This document shows, piece by piece, positions 14,109-22,800 of a stretch of 24,512 nucleotides of DNA; position 1 is the stretch's first letter; the number at the start of each line of letters is the position of its first letter. Origin of the DNA: a virus (Duplodnaviria > Caudoviricetes). The position numbers and the translations under genes are program-made. The notes below the pieces were generated by a model. That model was given only the letters and a program-made list of their open reading frames with translations. It had not been told where the DNA came from and made no database searches. The stretch is from IMG/VR virus record IMGVR_UViG_3300032608_000576, positions 1 to 24,512 of that record; one strand, given 5' to 3'.

Positions 14109-15908
14109 ATGACGAAGCGAACAAGAACGCTCCTGCTGACCATGGCTGTCATCGCGGCGGTGTTTGCCGCCGTGAGCTGTGCGCCGAGCTATATGGGCCC
14201 GGTGTATCGCACGTCTGGCAAGCTCACCGTGGACTCTGGCGGCGAGCTAGAGGTGAAGAGCGGTGGCATCGTTGACCTGCAGAGCGGGGCGTTCATCACG
14301 AACGCATCCGGGCTGTTGCTCGACGGTGGCTCCGACGAGGTACAGCTGACGGTCCAGGGGTACGAGGCGCAGACAAACGCCATCATGGTGGTCGAGAACC
14401 AGCTGGGCACAGACATCCTGACCGTGCACAGCACGACCATCACGACGGCCGGGACCCTGGTGTGTTCGGGCGCAATTGACGCTAACAGCGGCGTAGATGT
14501 GCTCACGGACCTGACCGTGGCGACCACGGCGTTCGTCGCCAGCGCCTCGGGCTACGTGACCTCGACTGTGCAGGTGCAGTCGGCGGACCTGAAAAGCACG
14601 GACGATGTGCTGGTCGGCGACGATCTAAACGTCGGCAGCAGCGCGGTCGTGGCCAGCGCCAGCGGGTACCTGACGACCACGGCGCAAGTGCAGTCGGCGG
14701 ATCTCAAGTCGACTGACGACGTGATCGTGGGCGATGAGCTGACGGTCAATACCACAGCGGTTGTGGCCAGTGCCTCGGGCTACGTGACGAGCACGGCCAG
14801 CCTGTACTCGGCTGCGCTGGAATCCACCGCCGGCACGACTGTGGGCGATGCCCTCGTGGTAACCACGGGCGGCATTGACCTACAGGACGGGGACTTGACC
14901 CTCGCCGAGGGTGAGTCCATCGGGAACAGCGTCGCCACCCAGATCGACATCACGGCCACGACCGTGTCCCTGTCGGGGGCTCTGGACGTGACCGGTGGCG
15001 ATGTCATCCTTCAGAACGACAGCTTGATCGACAACGGCGTGGCCGGAACGATCGGGTTGTCAGCAACGAACGGCGTCGTGGTCACGGACACCCTGACAAC
15101 CATCGGCGACATCACAGCTGGCACGGGGATCACGGTTACCGCTGGCGGAGTCCTGATCTCGGCGGGCGGTGCGACAGTAACGGCCGGCGGGGTGGACATC
15201 CAGGACGGGGCCCTAACCCTGTCGGAAGATGAATCCATCGGCCAGCTAGGAGATGGAATCGTCGCGATCACGGCCACTACGACCTCGCTGTCAGGGAGCC
15301 TGGATGTGACCGGCGGGGACGTCATCCTCGAAAACGACGCCTGGATAGACAACGGCGTGGCCGGAACGATAGGGCTCTCTACCACTCTAGGCAACGTGGT
15401 AATTTCGGACTCGCTGACCACGGTGGGCGACATCACGGCCGGGACAGGGATCACGGTTTCAACCGGTGGTCTCCTGGTATCGGCAGGCGGCGCCGTCGTC
15501 ACGACGGGCGGCATCGACCTACAGGATGGGGACTTGACCCTAGCCGAGGGTGAGTCTATCGGAAACAGTGCCGACGGGACTATCGCCATGACCGCGACCA
15601 ACGTTCTTCTGTCCAACTTCTTGCAGCTGACGGCCGTTGAGCAAATCTTGACGTTCAACGACGAGCCCATAACCCCGACCGCTACGCTGATGGAGATCAC
15701 GAACGGCGGGAATATCTGGACGGACAGCGTTGTGGCTGGCACAGATGGGCAGCTTCTGATCATCCGTAACACGGCGAACAACAACCTGGTTCTCACGGAC
15801 ACAGCGACGCTCATGCTTTCGGGCAACCTCACGTTGGCTCAGTACGACACCGTTGTGCTGCTCAGTGATGGGACCAACTGGGAACAGCTCGCGACAAGCA
15901 ATAACTAG
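14109..15908 (+). CDS. putative head fibre/decoration protein with lipoprotein-type signal peptide and internal repeats
   Basis: AGGAGG SD; KRTR + hydrophobic helix + AVS-Cys24; Thr/Gly/Val/Asp-rich beta repeats; C-terminal GTDGQLLIIRN...LLSDGTNW fibre-like domain; first gene after the MCP. Confidence 0.6.
   Translation: MTKRTRTLLLTMAVIAAVFAAVSCAPSYMGPVYRTSGKLTVDSGGELEVKSGGIVDLQSGAFITNASGLLLDGGSDEVQLTVQGYEAQTNAIMVVENQLGTDILTVHSTTITTAGTLVCSGAIDANSGVDVLTDLTVATTAFVASASGYVTSTVQVQSADLKSTDDVLVGDDLNVGSSAVVASASGYLTTTAQVQSADLKSTDDVIVGDELTVNTTAVVASASGYVTSTASLYSAALESTAGTTVGDALVVTTGGIDLQDGDLTLAEGESIGNSVATQIDITATTVSLSGALDVTGGDVILQNDSLIDNGVAGTIGLSATNGVVVTDTLTTIGDITAGTGITVTAGGVLISAGGATVTAGGVDIQDGALTLSEDESIGQLGDGIVAITATTTSLSGSLDVTGGDVILENDAWIDNGVAGTIGLSTTLGNVVISDSLTTVGDITAGTGITVSTGGLLVSAGGAVVTTGGIDLQDGDLTLAEGESIGNSADGTIAMTATNVLLSNFLQLTAVEQILTFNDEPITPTATLMEITNGGNIWTDSVVAGTDGQLLIIRNTANNNLVLTDTATLMLSGNLTLAQYDTVVLLSDGTNWEQLATSNN
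14535..14860 (+). repeat. three tandem 114-bp (38-aa) repeats
   Basis: VASASGY(V/L)T units start at 14535, 14649 and 14763. Confidence 0.85.
14862..15570 (+). repeat. two full units and one partial unit of a 106-107-aa repeat
   Basis: T(T/A)GG(I/V)D(L/I)QDG units at 14862, 15180 and 15501 (318 and 321 bp apart). Confidence 0.85.
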
Positions 15909-15916
15909 GAGGCGAG

Positions 15917-16360
15917 ATGCTAGGCACCCGCTTCCTGGAACTCGCTCACAAGGCCCGCCGCACAGCAGCGGCGGGCACCTCGGAGGCCATCAACGGAGAC
16001 GCCACGTTTCTCGGGCAGATCACGCGCGCGCTGGTGGTGCTGGACATTGCGTCCAGCGCCACCGACGCCGGCGATGTGCTGGACGTATACGTCGACGTGT
16101 CGCTGGACGACCGAGTGACGTGGCTGAATGCGATCCACTTTACGCAGCAAGCTGGCAACGGTTCGGCTGCGAAGCAGTACGCGTTGCTGGCCCTGGATAC
16201 CGGCGCCGCGACGGTGGTCACGGTCACGGCAGATGCGGCGTCTGGCGTAGTCAGGCCAACGCTGCTGGGGCCGCAGATCAGGGCGCGGTGGACAATCACC
16301 GACGGCTCAGCTGACGGCGATCAGGCACACACGTTCCGCGTGTTCGCTTTCGTTTGGTAG
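15917..16360 (+). CDS. putative beta-sandwich capsid decoration/cement protein
   Basis: AGGAGG SD; VVLDIASS...LDVYVDVSLDDRVTW...FTQ...IRARWTI...TFRV pattern; position in head module. Confidence 0.55.
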   Translation: MLGTRFLELAHKARRTAAAGTSEAINGDATFLGQITRALVVLDIASSATDAGDVLDVYVDVSLDDRVTWLNAIHFTQQAGNGSAAKQYALLALDTGAATVVTVTADAASGVVRPTLLGPQIRARWTITDGSADGDQAHTFRVFAFVW

Positions 16361-16379
16361 AGAACAAGAACTGGAGGAC

Positions 16380-16829
16380 ATGATGCAGAAAAGACAGAGG
16401 CTCGCGGCGCTGTTGATGGTAGCGGTGGTGGTCGGCCTTGTGGCGATGTTGCTGGTTGCGCCCGCGCCCGTGATGGCGGCCCAGACGGTGACGCCCCAGG
16501 ACATCGGCACGACCAGCTTCATCAGCATGACGTTGACGACTGAGGACGGCACCGGCTTTTCGTTCGCGAACAACGGCCGATGCTTGCTGGCGATCCAGAG
16601 TGCGGTGAGCACGACCTGTTCGCGAACGCACTACATCACCGTGACGACCGATGCGACGTTCCACGGGTTCGCCGTAGCGGACCTGACGGACACCATCTAC
16701 AGCTCCTCGCCAAAGATCATCGGGCCGTTCAATACCTCGCTGTTCAACGACAGCTCGGGGAATGTCACCGTGGACATAGACCCATACGGCTGGACGGGTG
16801 ACTATAGCGTGACGGTGCTGAGGTACTGA
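16380..16829 (+). CDS. putative head-associated beta protein with Sec-type signal peptide
   Basis: GGAGG SD; QKRQR + about 20 hydrophobic aa + PVMA|A; mature part FANNG...ITVTT...AVADL...IGPF...N...GNVTV resembles proteins encoded next to phage MCP genes. Confidence 0.55.
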   Translation: MMQKRQRLAALLMVAVVVGLVAMLLVAPAPVMAAQTVTPQDIGTTSFISMTLTTEDGTGFSFANNGRCLLAIQSAVSTTCSRTHYITVTTDATFHGFAVADLTDTIYSSSPKIIGPFNTSLFNDSSGNVTVDIDPYGWTGDYSVTVLRY

Positions 16830-16880
16830 GCATGAGGCGCCCTATCGAGGACAAGGCGCTGAGACCGGCGGAGGACAAGG

Positions 16881-17414
16881 ATGGGAACCGCGACGCTGTT
16901 GACGCCAAGCGAGCTACGGGGCCACGTCGAGACCGATCTGTCCGAGGGCGTGCTGCAGAGCATCCTGGATGCCGAAGAGACCGAGATCATCCGCCGGTAC
17001 GGCGCGCACGCAACACAGACCGACCTGTTACCAGGCGGCGAGCTTTGGCTTGTGCTTCGGCGCACGCCAGTGTCCTTCACTTCGGTGACGGAGACGGTCA
17101 ACACAACTAGCACGGTGCTGGCCGCAGACGACTATCGCCACTGGGGCGGTGGGCGGCTGGAGCGCCTGGGCACCGGGACCAACGCACGCTCCGAGTGGGG
17201 CGACCGCGTGTCTGTCGTCTACGTGCCCGAGGCACGCAGCGACCAGCGCAAGCTGGTCCTGGTGCAACTGGCCCTGCTGGCCATCCAGTACCAGGGCGTG
17301 CAGCGAGAGGCCATCGGCGGCAACGACTATAACGTGGAGTACCTGGACCACCTGCGAGAGCGCGAGCGCCTGATGCGGAGCCTCGCGCCTCGCGGCGGGA
17401 TGGGGTTTGCATGA
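16881..17414 (+). CDS. head-tail adaptor (gp6/gp15-like)
   Basis: LLTPSELRGHV...LQSILDAEETEI N-terminus, LVLRRTPVSFTSVTE; synteny. Confidence 0.75.
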   Translation: MGTATLLTPSELRGHVETDLSEGVLQSILDAEETEIIRRYGAHATQTDLLPGGELWLVLRRTPVSFTSVTETVNTTSTVLAADDYRHWGGGRLERLGTGTNARSEWGDRVSVVYVPEARSDQRKLVLVQLALLAIQYQGVQREAIGGNDYNVEYLDHLRERERLMRSLAPRGGMGFA

Positions 17415-17773
17415 GCCCGACGATTCGGCAGCGCATGGCGTACAGGGCGGCGATCTGGAGAGCGACCGAGACCGAAGACGCCTGGGGGGCGCCCAAGAAG
17501 GGCACCCCGGAGGTGCACATCGCGTCGCAGCCGTGCTACTGGTATCAGCCGTTTCTGCGCACCTACGGCGCCGGTGAACAGCAGGGCCAACGCAACGTGA
17601 ACATCTACACCTACCAGCTCATGGTGCCTTTGGGCACCGACATCACAGAGCGCGACCAGGTACAAGGCGTCGTGGACCGACGCGGCACGGCGCTGACCAG
17701 CGCGACGATGGAAGTGATCCAGGTCGCGCGACACAAGACGCACCTGATCCTGACCCTGGAAGAGGTGTCGTAG
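17411..17773 (+). CDS. head closure/stopper protein (SPP1 gp16-like)
   Basis: DAWGAP...VPLGTDITERDQV...HLILTLEEV; synteny. Confidence 0.7.
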   Translation: MSPTIRQRMAYRAAIWRATETEDAWGAPKKGTPEVHIASQPCYWYQPFLRTYGAGEQQGQRNVNIYTYQLMVPLGTDITERDQVQGVVDRRGTALTSATMEVIQVARHKTHLILTLEEVS

Positions 17774-18102
17774 TGGCGAGGCTGCTGACCTGGCACGGCA
17801 ACGAGGTCGTGAAGAAGGTCCTGGACGCGACCAAGGCCGGCATCGACGAGACGACGCTCAAGTGCACGGAAGCGGCACAGAGCCAGCTCTATCCGGGGCA
17901 TGGCGTCATCACGGGGATTCTCAAGGGCTCCATCAAGAGCGACGCCGCCGTCGATGAACCTGGCGGCATCGTGGGTCGCTGGGGCAGCCATGACGTGAAC
18001 TATGCACTACCGATCGAGGCCCGCTACGGCTACCTGCGCTACGCGGTGGACACCGAGTACCCGGGGCTGGCCAAGCGCATCCAGGAGCACCTCGACAAGT
18101 GA
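17773..18102 (+). CDS. HK97 gp10-like tail completion protein
   Basis: GVITGILKGSI...DVNYALPIE...YLRYAVD. Confidence 0.75.
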   Translation: MARLLTWHGNEVVKKVLDATKAGIDETTLKCTEAAQSQLYPGHGVITGILKGSIKSDAAVDEPGGIVGRWGSHDVNYALPIEARYGYLRYAVDTEYPGLAKRIQEHLDK

Positions 18103-18518
18103 CCATCCAGAACCCGCTCACATCGCTGGCCACGTACCTCAAGGCCGACCCTGCGGTGGCCGCGTTGGCCAGCACGCGGGTGTACGTCGCCGAGACGCCA
18201 TGGGACGAGGCCACGAACCAGCCACGCTACGCGGTGGCGATCTGGCCTACCGGCGGGCGCCATGAGCACTATGTGCCACTGCAGCCGATCCGGGTGGACA
18301 TCATCTGCTATGGCGCGACGCACCTCCAGGGACACACCCTGTTCCTGGCGGTGTACGAGGCGATGAAGAACATCGCCAGAGAAGACAACAACGACACCCT
18401 GCTACACGTGGCCACCCAGAGCGCCGGGCCGCTGACGGAGCGCGATCCGCGCACGCACTGGCCCTACACCTGGTCCTCGTGGCTGGTGACGGCAGGGGAA
18501 GAGACGACAGATGTATAG
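18099..18518 (+). CDS. tail terminator protein
   Basis: YLKADPAVAALASTRVY and RVDIICYG motifs; precedes the major tail protein. Confidence 0.75.
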   Translation: MTIQNPLTSLATYLKADPAVAALASTRVYVAETPWDEATNQPRYAVAIWPTGGRHEHYVPLQPIRVDIICYGATHLQGHTLFLAVYEAMKNIAREDNNDTLLHVATQSAGPLTERDPRTHWPYTWSSWLVTAGEETTDV

Positions 18519-18524
18519 GAGGCA

Positions 18525-19106
18525 ATGATGGCAGGGTTTCAGCCGTTCCGGCTGCAAATCGGGACAATGGACGTGTACCTGGGGCCAGTCGGCGAGGCCG
18601 ACCCAGGGGCAGACGTGGCCACGCCGGCGGGCAACTGGCTCACCATCGGGCAGGCAGACGGCCCGGTCACGTTCGCGCCGAACAAGGCCACGATGAACTT
18701 GTTCGACAACTCTAGCCTGGGGCCACTCAAGGTGGCGACGACGGCGTTCGAGCCGACGGTGGCCTTCACCCTGGCGAACATGACCCTCGAGAAGGTCGCC
18801 GAGTTCTACAGTGACATAACGGTGACGGACGCGGCCGCTGGCGGCGGCACCAAGGGCTACCGGCACTATAGCGTGGGGGAGCCCGACGACGACCAGTGGG
18901 CCATGATCTTGCAGAACATCACGGCTAGCCCGTACATGTCCGACCTGTTCCGCATCCTGATCTATGCCGTGAGCGTGAAAGAGCTGGGCGAGCAGGCCTG
19001 GACCAAAGAGGACAAGACGGTGCAGCCGGTGACCATGCAGATCCTCAAGGACCCGAGCACGGGGAACTTTTACAAGGTCTACGCAGTGGACGCGGCTGCG
19101 GCCTGA
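18525..19106 (+). CDS. major tail (tube) protein
   Basis: AGGAGG SD; IGTMDVYLGP...WLTIGQADGPVTF...FTLANMTLE; synteny. Confidence 0.8.
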   Translation: MMAGFQPFRLQIGTMDVYLGPVGEADPGADVATPAGNWLTIGQADGPVTFAPNKATMNLFDNSSLGPLKVATTAFEPTVAFTLANMTLEKVAEFYSDITVTDAAAGGGTKGYRHYSVGEPDDDQWAMILQNITASPYMSDLFRILIYAVSVKELGEQAWTKEDKTVQPVTMQILKDPSTGNFYKVYAVDAAAA

Positions 19107-19143
19107 GCGTAGCGGATGACTGACACCATACGGGAGGGGGAGT

Positions 19144-19611
19144 ATGGCACGAAAGGAGCGACTGGCGGGCGAGCAGGTGCTAGAGCTGTCAACTCTAGCG
19201 CCTATCGCCCGTCGCTATGTGACAGTCGATGGCAAGCAATACGACCTGCTAGACCGGGACGAGATCGACGCCGTAGGCGTGGCGCGGCTTTCGCAGGTGC
19301 AGCAGCTGGCGCAAGCGGTGGACGACGTCGACTGGAATGATCCCAGCGACGAGGACATCGGCAAGGCAGAGTCCTTGAACCGCATGGCTGACGTTGTGGT
19401 GCGGCTCGTGCTCCCAGCCCTCCCCGACGCGGCACGTAAAAAACTGAGCTTCTTGCAGAAGATGCAGATAGCCCAGGTTTTTCGAGTGACCCCGGAGGAG
19501 ACGAAGGAGAGCCCGACGCCGGGGGAGAACCCGGAAAGCCCATCGACTGGGGAGAGTGGTGCCCCAAGCTCCAGCGATTCTACGGTGGCAGCGACCCCGG
19601 ATGTTGGCTGA
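19144..19611 (+). CDS. tail assembly chaperone (gpG-like)
   Basis: VTVDGKQYDL motif; lies between tail tube and tape measure genes. Confidence 0.8.
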   Translation: MARKERLAGEQVLELSTLAPIARRYVTVDGKQYDLLDRDEIDAVGVARLSQVQQLAQAVDDVDWNDPSDEDIGKAESLNRMADVVVRLVLPALPDAARKKLSFLQKMQIAQVFRVTPEETKESPTPGENPESPSTGESGAPSSSDSTVAATPDVG

Positions 19612-19841
19612 GACAGCCGCTGTGGTTGGTGCAGGCCTATATCACCATGCTGCCCCGACTGCAGGCTGAGGAAGCGCTGCAGGGCGTGAACGTCCTGCAC
19701 GCGGGTGACAGCATGATCAGCGCGGGGTCGCGACAGCGCGTGATCGACGCGTGGCAGGAACAGGCGCGGCCCGGCGACAACAGGACACGGACGGTCGAGG
19801 ACGTGGCTCGCGGCCTTCGGGCAGCGCTCGGGCAGCTATAG
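19479..19841 (+). CDS. -1 frame extension of the tail assembly chaperone (gpGT-like)
   Basis: -1 frame is open from 19440 to TAG 19841 and encodes IDWGEWCPKLQRFYGGSDPGCWL...VQAYITMLPRLQAEEAL; candidate slippery sites G GTT TTT (19476-19482) and G GGG GAG (19521-19527). Confidence 0.7.
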   Translation, partial: FSSDPGGDEGEPDAGGEPGKPIDWGEWCPKLQRFYGGSDPGCWLRQPLWLVQAYITMLPRLQAEEALQGVNVLHAGDSMISAGSRQRVIDAWQEQARPGDNRTRTVEDVARGLRAALGQL

Positions 19842-19856
19842 CGCGGAGACGAGACA

Positions 19857-22800
19857 TTGGCAGGCAGTGAAAAGCTAGGGACCGCGGTCCTAGAACTGAA
19901 AACGGATAGCACGGGCCTGAACGCGGGCATCGCCTCGGCCAAGACGCGCGTCGGGGGACTGGGCGCTGTACTGGGCAGCGTCGGCGGGATTGCGGCCGGG
20001 CTGTTCGCTGGCCGCGCCATCGTGGGCGGCATCAAGGAGATGGTCGACGTCTCTGCCGACTTTGAGACGCAGATCAAGTTGCTGGAGGTGGCCGCCAAGG
20101 GCTCGGGCGTCAGTTTCGACGACCTGAGCGACGTGGCACTCCAAACGGGTGCTGACACCAGCCTCATCGGAATCAGCGCAAGCCAGAGCGCCGATGCCCT
20201 GACCAACTTTTACAAGGCTGGCCTCAAAACGTCTGACATCTTCGGCGGAGCCGGTGGCCTCAACGCCTACATGGAAGAGGGCGCGGAGCTCTCCGGGGCT
20301 TTCCGCGCCGCCATTGACCTGCAGGCCGCATCAGAGCTGAACCTGGATCAGGCCTCTGATCTGCTGGCCACAACCATGAGTACGTTTGGCATCAGCGCGG
20401 AAGAGGCCACCAAGATCACGGACAATCTGGTGCAGTCCGCTGACGCCTCGGTGACCAGCGTTCCCGAGCTGGCCGCTGCCATGGAGACTGTGGGGTCGAC
20501 GTTTGCCTCGTTCTACGGCGAATCGTTAGGGGGCATGGGTACCCTCGAGGAGTTGAACAATCTGCTCGCCGTGCTGTCGTCCCGTGGCATTCGGGGGGCT
20601 GAGGCGGGGACGGCGCTTAAGTCGATGATGATGCAGCTACTAACCCCCGCCTCCGCAGCCAAGGACGCTCTGGCCGCGGCGGGGTTCCATGCCTTTACTG
20701 CGACAGGTGACATCCGCGGCATGGGCGAGATGATGGATGAGCTGGGGACCATCCTGCTCAAGAACGCTTCGACCTCGGGTCTTACGGTAGGCATGACCCT
20801 AGCTCAGTCAAGGGCGTTTCACAAGTTGCAGGAAGAATACGACGGGCTGGTTGCATCTTCCACAGAACTCACGGAAAAGGTAGAGGGCGGAGCAGGGGCC
20901 ACCGAGGAAGAGGTGCGGCAGTATTGGGCTCTGCAAGACACGCTGGCCCAGACGGCCCGCGCTCTCAATGATATGACCAAGGTCCAGTATGACGCGGCCA
21001 CTGGCATGGCGATCATGACCGACGAGGCCTCCACTTTTCTCAGCAAAAAGGCCGCAGGCTCCTACGGCATCAAAGCGCTGACCACGCTGATGGCCGAGGG
21101 GCAGACGGGGCTGGACGAGATGACCGCGGCCACCGCCGAGGCCTCGACCGCCGCCGACGTGTCTGCCGCCCGTACCTCGGGCCTGAACGGTGCGATGGAG
21201 GCCCTAGAGGGCACCATCGAGACGTTCATGATCAAGGCCGGGACGCCGCTGATCGAAAAGTTTTTCACTCCGCTGGTGAGTTTCGCGGCCAAGGTCGTAG
21301 AGAGCGTCATCCCCATGCTGGATGGCTTTGGGCCAGCGCTTGACAGTGTGGGCAGCGTCGTAGGAGGGCTTCTGGAAAAGACCCAGGGGCTAGGTGACGT
21401 AGAGGGGCCCACCGTTGGGGCCCCCACGGCGGGATCCGTGGGTGTAAACGCCACAGAGCTGGCCACAACTATGATGTCTGGCCTGGCGGATGCCATCACC
21501 ACGCACCTTTCCGCGAACTCGGCCGCCTATGCCACTGCTATCACCACAGGGATGCTCGACATACTCAAGGCCGTGCCGCCCAAACTGTTGGTAAAGGTGC
21601 CGGACCTTGCCGGGGCACACGCCGGCGTGTTTGGAGCGGTGATAGGAGCGGGCATCAAAGGATTGTCAACGTTGGTTGGCGGGTTCGCCACGACTCTGTG
21701 GGATTCAATAACGGGCATCTTCGACAAAGCAGGTGAAGATGCGGACGCGGACGATGCAGGGAAGACAAAAAGCAGCGCCAATATTCTAGGGTTCTTCAAC
21801 GGGGTCATGAAGAAGTTTATGGACGGGCTTACGGGCAATACAGAGTGGCCCAAGGCGATAGGCGACTGGATACTGGGGTTGGTGACGGGGCTAGAAGATT
21901 TTAGTGTAGCGGAAACAGACAAGTTCATCGCCTTGTTTACGGGCGACCCGGACGGGATCATCACAAAGGGGATACAGTCTATCGAGGATGAAGTAGAGTC
22001 CATCAAGCAGGCTGGCCGCGACCTGTTGTCAGGGTTCTTTGAGGGCCTGGGCGACAGCAAGATAGCCCAAACTGGCAAATCGGTCTGGGAAAAAGCCACT
22101 GGGTGGTTGCCCAAGAAGACCAAGGACGAATACGACGCCCACTCGCCGTCGAAAGTCATGATGGCGATTGGCGGGGACATCGTTGAGGGCTTGGGTATCG
22201 GTATCAGCAATGGCATTCCCCAGGTCGAGGGTAGTTTTAGCGGCGTGATGGATGTCTTCGACTCCATCGTCGGATGGCTGACCCGGTTCGCCATGGTCGC
22301 TGGCAGCAGTGGCATGGAGGCTGCCGGCGAGACCTTTGAGGACATCGCCGACGGAATCGAGGATATGTCGACCGCGTTCATGCAGTTCGCCCAAGGCGCC
22401 AAGGCCGTGAAGGAGGGCGAGCTGGATCGCGGCGGCATGATCGCTTACCTGGACGAATGGGCCTGGGCAGCCGGCCAAGCGGTGATCCGAGTGCAAGAGG
22501 TGGTCAAGAGCGTCGGCTCCGAGACCATCACCAAGATGAAGGGCAGAGCGACACGCCTGGGTACGATCCTCCAGAGCCTGGTCACCGATTTCTCCAAGTG
22601 GAAGCCGGGCGACATGACCCAGATGCGGGCCTACCTGGACCAGCTTGGCGTGTTTCTCCCCGAGATCGTGCGTAGCCTGGTGAGCATGGTGACCGATCCC
22701 GAGACGGGCCTGGGCAGCATCATCCTCGACGATGTAGTTGTCTGGTCTGGTCAGCTGGCCTCCACGTTCCAGCTCATGGGCGCGAACCTGGCGGGGATCA

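Noticed and set aside
14082-14112. MCP stop in frame with the fibre gene, plus an ATG-AAA-TGA minigene at 14104
   Set aside because: The fibre gene has a well-spaced AGGAGG and its own signal peptide; no read-through signal is evident; the minigene is probably incidental
15011-15832. 273-aa minus-strand ORF opposite the fibre gene
   Set aside because: Mirror of the Thr/Gly/Asp codon repeats (V/P/S-rich); no independent features
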